From Promethearchaeota archaeon (GTDB lineage Archaea > Asgardarchaeota > Lokiarchaeia > Sigyniarchaeales > SOKP01): a stretch of DNA of 10,546 bases. The position numbers were made by a program, and so were the translations under genes. The stretch covers positions 1 through 10,546 of the forward strand of contig RDOE01000101.1 in the NCBI GenBank assembly GCA_011364975.1, given 5' to 3'. This document shows positions 1-6,154 of this stretch, piece by piece. How positions within the stretch are numbered: the first letter of the stretch is position 1; every line of letters begins with the position of its first letter. The notes under the pieces are model-generated. The model was not told the DNA's origin. It did not search any database and saw nothing but the letters and a program-made list of their open reading frames with translations.

Positions 1-61
1 GACCTTCTATGGCCTGTTTTTTATCAGGCTTTTCCTCTGCTTTAGCCCAGTCTATCGACAA
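1..61 (-). CDS. 5' end of a hypothetical protein running off the window (MSIDWAKAEEKPDKKQAIEG...)
   Basis: The reverse complement reads GTGA (RBS-like), ATAAAA, then TTG at 61-59, and stays open for 20 codons to the window edge. It is more GC-rich than the adjacent AT-rich spacer. Not in the ORF track. Confidence 0.6.
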   Translation of the reverse strand, partial: MSIDWAKAEEKPDKKQAIEG

Positions 62-239
62 TTTTATTCACTTTGAAGTATATTTTTTGTTTTTTTTATT
101 AAAAATTATTTAATTTTATATTATTAATATAAAGGCTCTATTTTAAAAATCTATTTTTATACAAATTCCAGATTTTGATATATCAATTATGTAAAATATA
201 TTTATTTTATGGTGACAATACTATAATATTAATTTTTGC

Positions 240-1115
240 TTGAATCAAATGATTGTTATGGAGTCTAAAACTGAGCCTAAAACTGAGATAGAATTCATAT
301 CAACTTCGGGAGTATTTAAAACTCCATTTAGCATGATTATAATTTTACAATTATTCGTTGGGGGCATAATTTTAATAGTTGTAAATTTATGGTTTTTAAA
401 TAGCATATATTTTCTTTTAACAGGATCCCAATTTTATCCATTTGAGCCGAAAGCAGAATGGTATTATTGGTTATTAGTTCCCTTAAATTGTTATGCGGCA
501 ATATATTTATTTACATTTACGGTAGTAGTATTTTCTGCAGGTATATTTAAGATTTTAAATAAAATATATCCTCCAAAAGAAGGAGTATTTGAAAAAGGCA
601 GTAAAGATTGGGTATATATGCATAGAAGATTTTGGACAGCGTATTTTCCAGTTTGGTTAGCAAGAACCTTACCTTTACCTTGGTTAGACATTGTTGCTTA
701 TCGTATATTAGGAGTGAAAGTAGGAAAAAATGTTGTATTATATGAAGGATATGTTGATCCCTTATTTATAAAAATTGGCGATTTTACCATGACATCCTTA
801 AATATTTGCATATTTTCTCATTTAATTTATCATGATAAGGTCTTAATTAAAAAGGTTAACATTGGTAAAGCGTGCGTAGTAGGTCCACATACTATAGTCT
901 CCCCAGGTACTATTATGGAGGATTTTGCAGTTTTAGGAGTAAATAGTTATACATCGATAGATCAAGAATTAAAGGGGAACCTTATCCATGTAGGAACCCC
1001 CGTAAGCATGACCTTACCAATTCAAAGCCTTGAAGAATCGCAGAAAAAGGCAAAGCAAGTACAACAAGGAAAGGATAACTCAAATTCAATTAAAATTGAA
1101 AAAAATTTAGAGTAA
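240..1115 (+). CDS. Membrane-anchored hexapeptide-repeat (LbH) acyltransferase-like protein, paralog 1
   Basis: Two N-terminal hydrophobic segments, then PKEGVF..., LGVKVGKNVVL, IKIGDFT, FSHLIY, VNIGKACVVGPHTIVSPGTIM and a terminal VGTP. The true start may be ATG 249 or 258 rather than TTG 240. Confidence 0.8.
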   Translation: MNQMIVMESKTEPKTEIEFISTSGVFKTPFSMIIILQLFVGGIILIVVNLWFLNSIYFLLTGSQFYPFEPKAEWYYWLLVPLNCYAAIYLFTFTVVVFSAGIFKILNKIYPPKEGVFEKGSKDWVYMHRRFWTAYFPVWLARTLPLPWLDIVAYRILGVKVGKNVVLYEGYVDPLFIKIGDFTMTSLNICIFSHLIYHDKVLIKKVNIGKACVVGPHTIVSPGTIMEDFAVLGVNSYTSIDQELKGNLIHVGTPVSMTLPIQSLEESQKKAKQVQQGKDNSNSIKIEKNLE

Positions 1116-1129
1116 GTGGTGAGAATTTT

Positions 1130-1864
1130 TTGTTTCAGCCAGCTAGTTTAAAAGGAGATTCACCTACACCCATAGATGAGAGAATAAGGAATAGATTTAT
1201 CATTATATATATTTTAATAATAATTTTTAGTTTTATTCCAGGTTGTTTTTTTGAATATTATTATATAATAACATTTTGGACAGAAACATTTTATTGGCTT
1301 TTTTTTCTCTTGCTTCCGTTCAATGTATTAATTCTTATATACTTAATTCAGATAAGTGCTACAATTATCGCTGCTTTAATAATAAAAGTGATAAATCTTA
1401 TACATACTCCAAAAGAGGGTAATTTTAAAAGAGCGATTAATGATAAAGATTACTTATATTGGAATATAAGGAATATTGTAAAGAAATGGCCCCTTTATGT
1501 GATGGCTAGTAATCCCTTTCCTTGGTTAAAAAATAGGTTTACGTTGAGGTTTTTTGGCGTAAAAATTGGACGCCATTGTATCTGCGATAATAGCTGGATT
1601 TCCTCTGAATTTGTATCGATTGGTAAGAATGTAATATTAGGAATGAATTCAACACTTATTTGTTTTGGTATTGAACAAGATAATTTCATACTAAGGAAAA
1701 TTATAGTAGAAAATGATGTGCTAATAGGAGCGAAGTGCGTAATCTTACCCGGGACAATAATCAAGCAAAATAGTAAATTAGAAGCTCATTCATATACTGA
1801 TTTCAATGAGACTCTCAAAGAGAATTCCCTTTATTCGGGGCATCCCGCTAAATTAAAAAGTTAA
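1130..1864 (+). CDS. Membrane-anchored hexapeptide-repeat (LbH) acyltransferase-like protein, paralog 2
   Basis: GGTGA RBS at 1118-1122 before TTG. Two TM segments, then PKEGNF, FGVKIGRHCI, VSIGKNVILG, VENDVLIGAKCVILPGTII and YSGHPAK. Starts 14 nt after paralog 1. Confidence 0.82.
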   Translation: MFQPASLKGDSPTPIDERIRNRFIIIYILIIIFSFIPGCFFEYYYIITFWTETFYWLFFLLLPFNVLILIYLIQISATIIAALIIKVINLIHTPKEGNFKRAINDKDYLYWNIRNIVKKWPLYVMASNPFPWLKNRFTLRFFGVKIGRHCICDNSWISSEFVSIGKNVILGMNSTLICFGIEQDNFILRKIIVENDVLIGAKCVILPGTIIKQNSKLEAHSYTDFNETLKENSLYSGHPAKLKS

Positions 1865-1904
1865 TTCTAAATCAATAATAAATGTAGAAGAGATTTGAAA
1901 GGTT

Positions 1905-3137
1905 TTGCCACAATATAGGATATTAGATCAATTTAACCTTCTTTTAATCAGATATTCTGAGATTTGGTTAAAATCTCAAAAGGTAAAAATCCGGATGTTA
2001 AAAATTTTAATGGATAATCTCAAAAAACTATTAGAACGAGAAGGAATTTCTTTTCATAAATATCAATTAAGCAAAGATTCATCACGTATTTTATTCTTTT
2101 TCGACAATCTCGACATTGAAAAAGCAATAACAGTTTGCTTAAGAGTATTTGGGATTCATTCCATTAGTCCAGCTCTCAGAACATCAAGCAAGATAAACAA
2201 TATAATAGAGAGAACTTTAGAAGTGGCTCAACTAGTTTTAGAAAAAGGTGATACATTCGCACTTAAAGTAAAAAGATCTGGTAAACATGAATTTAGCTCT
2301 TTAGAAGTAGCACAAACTGTAGGAAAAGCTATATTAGATCAGTTCCCAGAATTGCGTTTAAAAGTTAATCTTTCCAATCCCAAGAAGATTATTTTTATTG
2401 AAATTAGGGCAGATTTTTCCTATATTTTTTTAGAAATTATTCCGAGTGATTGGGGTGGACTGCCTATTGAGTATAATAAGAAGGTACTTGTCATGGATAT
2501 CGGACGCATTAATGACCTCTTAGCAGGATTCTTGTTGATGAGAAGAGGTTGCGAAATATATCCTTTACTATTTGATAATAGCAATAATCAAGAGGCTGTA
2601 CAATCTTGGTTTGAAAACTGGCAAGAAGTCGCCAAATTTGTCCCGTATGATCGTATTCATCTTAAAAAAATTAATCTATATCAAATTTTATCTAATTTAG
2701 CAGTTAAATTAGAGGATAATACACATTTTTGCGCTTTATGTAGGATGATTCGAATGGCAATAGTAGCAAAATATCTTAAAACATCTAGCGAGCCGTTCAT
2801 TCCTAAAATCAGGGCTATTACAGACGGAGCATCCTTAAATAATATGACGATTTGTAACGATATAGTTGATTTAGAATCACTTTCTTTAAACTCATTATTC
2901 TCTGTTTATCCTATTTTCACTTCATTAATTGGATTAGACGAAAATATAATTAATAATCTCTTAACTCGCATATCTTCTAATTTAAATAAATTTACATATT
3001 GTGTCTTTAAACCAAAGAATCAAGAAATAAATGTAGAGACTGTAAAAAATTTATATGTAACCCTCAAGATTGAAGAGTTAGTTGAACAGAGTTTAACTAA
3101 TCTAGAAGATATTAAGCTATATTTTAAGTTGGATTAA
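1905..3137 (+). CDS. thiI: ThiI/TtuI-like tRNA sulfurtransferase homolog (NFLD + THUMP + PP-loop-like domain) with degenerate PP-loop
   Basis: N-terminal LIRYSEIWLKS; RVFGIHSISP; THUMP-type TFALKVKRSGKHEFSSLEVAQTVGKAI and VNLSNP; GGLP...LMRRG; CALC; PIFTSLIGLD. SGGxDS is replaced by IGRIND, so the symbol indicates homology only. Confidence 0.85.
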   Translation: MPQYRILDQFNLLLIRYSEIWLKSQKVKIRMLKILMDNLKKLLEREGISFHKYQLSKDSSRILFFFDNLDIEKAITVCLRVFGIHSISPALRTSSKINNIIERTLEVAQLVLEKGDTFALKVKRSGKHEFSSLEVAQTVGKAILDQFPELRLKVNLSNPKKIIFIEIRADFSYIFLEIIPSDWGGLPIEYNKKVLVMDIGRINDLLAGFLLMRRGCEIYPLLFDNSNNQEAVQSWFENWQEVAKFVPYDRIHLKKINLYQILSNLAVKLEDNTHFCALCRMIRMAIVAKYLKTSSEPFIPKIRAITDGASLNNMTICNDIVDLESLSLNSLFSVYPIFTSLIGLDENIINNLLTRISSNLNKFTYCVFKPKNQEINVETVKNLYVTLKIEELVEQSLTNLEDIKLYFKLD

Positions 3138-3212
3138 TAAAAAATTACAAAAAATTATTTTACAATGAAGCTTTTTATCTAATATATTTTATCAGTTACA
3201 TTGTGTGTTTTC

Positions 3213-3494
3213 ATGGCAAAAGTTGAATTGAATCTATTAAACATCTTTGCTTTAAAAGTGAAAAAGAATACTTTACAGTATGAAGCAAAAACCGTAGGCG
3301 ACATCATAACGAGATTCCTCAATGAATATGGAGAAAAATTAGATAGCAGTATCTTAAGCAAAAATAGAAAGAAATTGAATCCACAAATGGTTATTCTATT
3401 GAATGGACAAAATATAACATATATGAAAAGTTATAAGACAAAACTCAAGGATGGAGATAAACTCTACATTTCTTTTCCGATCTCAGGTGGCTAA
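3213..3494 (+). CDS. MoaD/ThiS/SAMP/Urm1-family ubiquitin-like (beta-grasp) sulfur carrier or protein modifier
   Basis: 93 aa from ATG 3213 (the track uses TTG 3201). Contains TVGDII and ILLNGQNI...TKLKDGDKLYISFPISGG, ending in a free Gly-Gly. Confidence 0.9.
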   Translation: MAKVELNLLNIFALKVKKNTLQYEAKTVGDIITRFLNEYGEKLDSSILSKNRKKLNPQMVILLNGQNITYMKSYKTKLKDGDKLYISFPISGG

Positions 3495-3554
3495 ATAATA
3501 ACAACACTTTTTTATCTTACTCATTTTTAAATATTTTATCCCATTATGTAAGGA

Positions 3555-3588
3555 TTTATTAAGTTCTACTACAATAACATTATTGTAG
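3555..3588 (+). promoter_or_regulatory. Putative TATA box (TTTATTAA, 3555-3562) followed by a palindrome CTACAATAA-CA-TTATTGTAG (3569-3588)
   Basis: Perfect 9-bp inverted arms with a 2-nt spacer, ending 24 nt before the GTPase start. The function is inferred. Confidence 0.4.
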
Positions 3589-3612
3589 GATATTATATCG
3601 ACATAATTATTT

Positions 3613-4563
3613 GTGTTAGTGGATGACAAAGTGAAAAAGCTAGCCTTCCTGGGTCTTGATAATGCTGGTAAAACTAGTATCATAACGGCCATAACTAAAA
3701 AGTTCGGTTATGAAGAAGAAATATTTAAATTAATGCCCACCAGAAAAATAGCGCGTGATGCATTCCGATTTCTTGGAATTGAATTTGTAAGAATGGATTT
3801 TGGTGGTCAGTTACAATATCGTGAAGAATATTTAAAACACCCGACTAAGTATATAAGTGGAACAGATTTAATTTACTATGTTATTGATGCCCAAAATTCA
3901 GAGCGTTTTGTGGAAACTGTTGATTATCTTGATCAAATTTTATTATTTTTAAAAGAAGAACGAGAATATCCTCCGATTTGTATTATATTTCACAAATTTG
4001 ACCCTCAAATTAGAAATGAAAAGGAAATTAACCAGAGAATCCTAACAATCAAGCAAGCTCTTACAAGATATAGTCATGATTTTGATATATTTTTCTTTGA
4101 AACAACAATATATGATATTAAGTCCGTAATGGATGCTTTCTCCTCAGGTCTTTCGTTACTATTTGAGAAAATGGAAATGGTGTCTCATTTATTTGCAGAA
4201 ATGAGTAAAAATTATAACACTTTAATGATTGCTTTGTTTGATGCTAAAGGAATTACAATTGGAGAATATTATAAACCACATCTTCATCTTCAAGAAAAGA
4301 TAAGAATATATGATAAATATCTAGAGACACAGAGAAGAATCATTGATCAGAATAGAAGAATGTTTGAATTCTCTGATAAATTTGACAACGGTCAAAGATA
4401 TTCTGGTTTGGTAGAACTTTTAAATTTTGGTAACTTAGATTTTTATCTACTTTTTATTATTGAGGAGGATAAGGAGGATTTAGCTTCAACTATTAAAATT
4501 TTAGATAAGATCGAAGCCGCTAAACCTCAAATGGAAAATATGATTTTACAACTAATTCAGTAG
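3613..4563 (+). CDS. Small GTPase (Arf/Rag-like) with a ~130-aa C-terminal domain, possibly roadblock/longin-like
   Basis: G1 GLDNAGKTS, G2 MPT, G3 DFGGQ, YVIDA, G4 HKFD, G5-region ETTIYD. The C-terminal region follows a helix-strand-strand-helix-strands-helix pattern (IALFDAKGITIGEY ... FYLLFII ... terminal helix). Confidence 0.9.
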   Translation: MLVDDKVKKLAFLGLDNAGKTSIITAITKKFGYEEEIFKLMPTRKIARDAFRFLGIEFVRMDFGGQLQYREEYLKHPTKYISGTDLIYYVIDAQNSERFVETVDYLDQILLFLKEEREYPPICIIFHKFDPQIRNEKEINQRILTIKQALTRYSHDFDIFFFETTIYDIKSVMDAFSSGLSLLFEKMEMVSHLFAEMSKNYNTLMIALFDAKGITIGEYYKPHLHLQEKIRIYDKYLETQRRIIDQNRRMFEFSDKFDNGQRYSGLVELLNFGNLDFYLLFIIEEDKEDLASTIKILDKIEAAKPQMENMILQLIQ

Positions 4564-4599
4564 AAATACTCGTTTTTTATTGATTATTAAGAAAAGTAA

Positions 4600-4703
4600 C
4601 GCAGATGGAGGGAGTCGAACCCTCGAGCGCTTACGCGCACCGGCTTGCTAGGAGGATACGCATTCACTCGAGGCCGGCGTCTTACCAGCTAGGCTACATC
4701 TGC
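4600..4703 (-). tRNA. tRNA-Ser(CGA) with a 21-nt intron at 37/38
   Basis: Acceptor stem GCAGATG/CATCTGC with discriminator G; D-loop GG; anticodon stem CCGGC/GCCGG; spliced loop CT-CGA-G|A (anticodon 4670-4668); long variable arm GCGC-GTAA-GCGC; T arm GAGGG-TTCGACT-CCCTC. CCA is not encoded and a T-rich tract follows. Confidence 0.93.
4646..4666 (-). other. tRNA intron (TGAATGCGTATCCTCCTAGCA) with a relaxed bulge-helix-bulge motif
   Basis: Removing it restores a 7-nt anticodon loop. Bulges are A36-G37|U and C-A|A38; the central helix CUCG/CUAG has one C-U mismatch. Confidence 0.85.
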
Positions 4704-4849
4704 ATTTTAATGAACCTAAATTTTAAGTTATTATCCTCCATAGGCTCTAATAAAGTTTAGTCCTTAAGGCTATATAATTTTTACTGTAAAGATATAGAAA
4801 ATGATTAGGATGATATTAGAAAATAAAGTATAGAGATAACTCCTTAAAA

Positions 4850-5146
4850 TTAAGCAGGAACATAAATCTTTAATTTTAAATCTTCATCTAAAAGTTTAAT
4901 GAGTCCTTCTTGTTCATAATGTTTGAGTAGTAGTTTAACTGCGGAAATTCGTAAATCATATTTTAAAGCAATGTCTGTTGCAATGATGCTTTTCCTTTTT
5001 GGAATTGATTCTCGAATTTCTTGTTCGATGGTATTAGGGATAAACGCATCCCTTTCTACAACATTAATTTGTTTGGTTCTACCGTATTTTCTCCTTAAAT
5101 TTAAGGTTGCTTTTCTGACTAGTAATTTTTCGTCCTTTTCAGACAA
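4850..5146 (-). CDS. rps25e: Small-subunit ribosomal protein eS25 (S25e)
   Basis: 98-aa basic protein. IPKRKSIIATDIALKYDLRISAVKLLLKHYEQEGLIKLL...KIYVPA matches the eS25 winged-helix pattern (VPxxKxITP...L.I..SLAR..L..L...GLIK.V.....IY). A GTGA RBS precedes the TTG. Confidence 0.85.
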   Translation of the reverse strand: MSEKDEKLLVRKATLNLRRKYGRTKQINVVERDAFIPNTIEQEIRESIPKRKSIIATDIALKYDLRISAVKLLLKHYEQEGLIKLLDEDLKLKIYVPA

Positions 5147-5293
5147 GATCGATCACATAAACCAGTTAAAATATTAAATATTTAAGCTGAATGAAATATT
5201 AAATACATAAAATTTAATAAAATTTTTGATTTGGGATTATCTATCTAAGATTTTATATCATATTGGAAAAAAACTTAAATAAGCCATTAGCAA

Positions 5294-5932
5294 TTGAACG
5301 ATAAATTTTTCTTTCATGTGAAAAAGCAGAGACCCGAAGAAACATTTGGAAGTGTTATTGATTATTTTGATGAGAGTAGATGTAGTGAATATTCTCAATC
5401 TAAAAGTATGATGAGAATTCAAAGAAGAATAACACTTAGGGCTCTTGAGTTATTGGAAATACCAAAAGGTAATCTTCTTATTCTTGATGCAGGTTGTGGT
5501 CCCGGATTCACCTCGTTTTATCTTAATGACCTTAAATATACCCTTATAGCTTTAGATTTAATCCCATATTTTTTAAAATACTATGATATGCGGATAATCA
5601 ATCCAATCTCCGCAGACATGTGCTTTTTACCCTTCAAACCAAGCATATTTGATGCGATTTTGTCTATCTCTGCATTACAATGGGTTTATAGGGAGATAAA
5701 TAATCAAAAAATGAATTTCAATCTTATAAATTTAATTAAATCCTTCTATAATGTTCTTAAACCTAACTCTAAAGCAATATTCCAATTTTACCCTAAAAAT
5801 ACTGCTATTATGGATAGTATTGGAAAAATTATAACAAATAACAGTCGCTTTAAAGGAAACTATATAATTGATAACCCAGAGAATCCTAAAAAAAGAAAAG
5901 TTTTTTTGATGCTGCAAAAAGAAAGTGAATAA
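5294..5932 (+). CDS. Class I SAM-dependent methyltransferase, Bud23/WBSCR22-like (SSU rRNA m7G methyltransferase homolog)
   Basis: SAM motif ILDAGCGPG plus Bud23-type blocks: RPE, YFDE..CSEYSQ..MMRIQ..IT.RALELL, LPFKPSIFDAILSISALQW, AIFQFYPKN and IDNPENPKKRKVFLML. Confidence 0.85.
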   Translation: MNDKFFFHVKKQRPEETFGSVIDYFDESRCSEYSQSKSMMRIQRRITLRALELLEIPKGNLLILDAGCGPGFTSFYLNDLKYTLIALDLIPYFLKYYDMRIINPISADMCFLPFKPSIFDAILSISALQWVYREINNQKMNFNLINLIKSFYNVLKPNSKAIFQFYPKNTAIMDSIGKIITNNSRFKGNYIIDNPENPKKRKVFLMLQKESE

Positions 5933-6061
5933 TCGTGTACACAGAAAAAATATAATTCCAATTTTTTGTTATAATGAAAAAATTAGTAGTTTAAGTTTAA
6001 CTCCGGTTTGCATTTTTTGAAATCACTAATTTGTGAGAGATTGTGGGAAATAGTATTAGTT

Positions 6062-6125
6062 AAAAGTTATATATGCAAGATTACAATTATATTGTTATAA
6101 AAAATCTTGTTATAATTAATTATAA
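6062..6125 (+). promoter_or_regulatory. Putative BRE/TATA (AAAAGTTATATATG) and downstream repeated TTGTTATAA boxes upstream of the large surface protein
   Basis: A purine-rich run followed by TTATATA at about 6062-6073; TTGTTATAA at 6092 and 6107. The AT-rich background weakens the significance. Confidence 0.3.
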
Positions 6126-6154
6126 TATAAACTTAAAATATATGGTATATAAAA

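Noticed and set aside
62-239. Poly-T tracts and AT palindromes as terminator, repeat array or origin
   Set aside because: The region lies between divergent gene starts and is low complexity, with no ORB-like or CRISPR-like repeats. It is best read as ordinary divergent promoter DNA.
491-691. 66-aa minus-strand ORF
   Set aside because: Antisense shadow inside LbH paralog 1 with no motifs.
1495-1764. 89-aa minus-strand ORF
   Set aside because: Antisense shadow of LbH paralog 2.
1905-3137. thiI as a pseudogene
   Set aside because: Full length with no stops or frameshifts and with THUMP and Cys motifs retained; the loss is concentrated in the ATP-site motifs.
3179-3361. 60-aa minus-strand ORF
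   Set aside because: Overlaps the well-supported MoaD/SAMP-like gene on the opposite strand.
3483-3692. 69-aa minus-strand ORF
   Set aside because: Overlaps both flanking genes antisense and crosses an AT-rich spacer; no recognisable features.
4561-4563. TAG stop of the GTPase as a pyrrolysine readthrough site
   Set aside because: The protein looks complete; a T-tract and a convergent tRNA follow, and no pyl genes are in the window.
4564-4620. tRNA 3' end as an integration site (att)
   Set aside because: No duplicate of the tRNA 3' end, integrase or compositional break seen in the window.
4600-4703. tRNA-Sec, tRNA-Leu or alternatively spliced (AGC/TAG anticodon) interpretations
   Set aside because: The 7/5 acceptor/T stems, G73, long variable arm and canonical 37/38 intron give a consistent Ser(CGA). 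The alternatives need non-canonical junctions without BHB support.
4923-5177. 84-aa plus-strand hydrophobic ORF
   Set aside because: Antisense to eS25; its hydrophobicity reflects the complement of Lys/Glu-rich codons.
5732-5917. 61-aa minus-strand ORF
   Set aside because: Antisense shadow of the methyltransferase.
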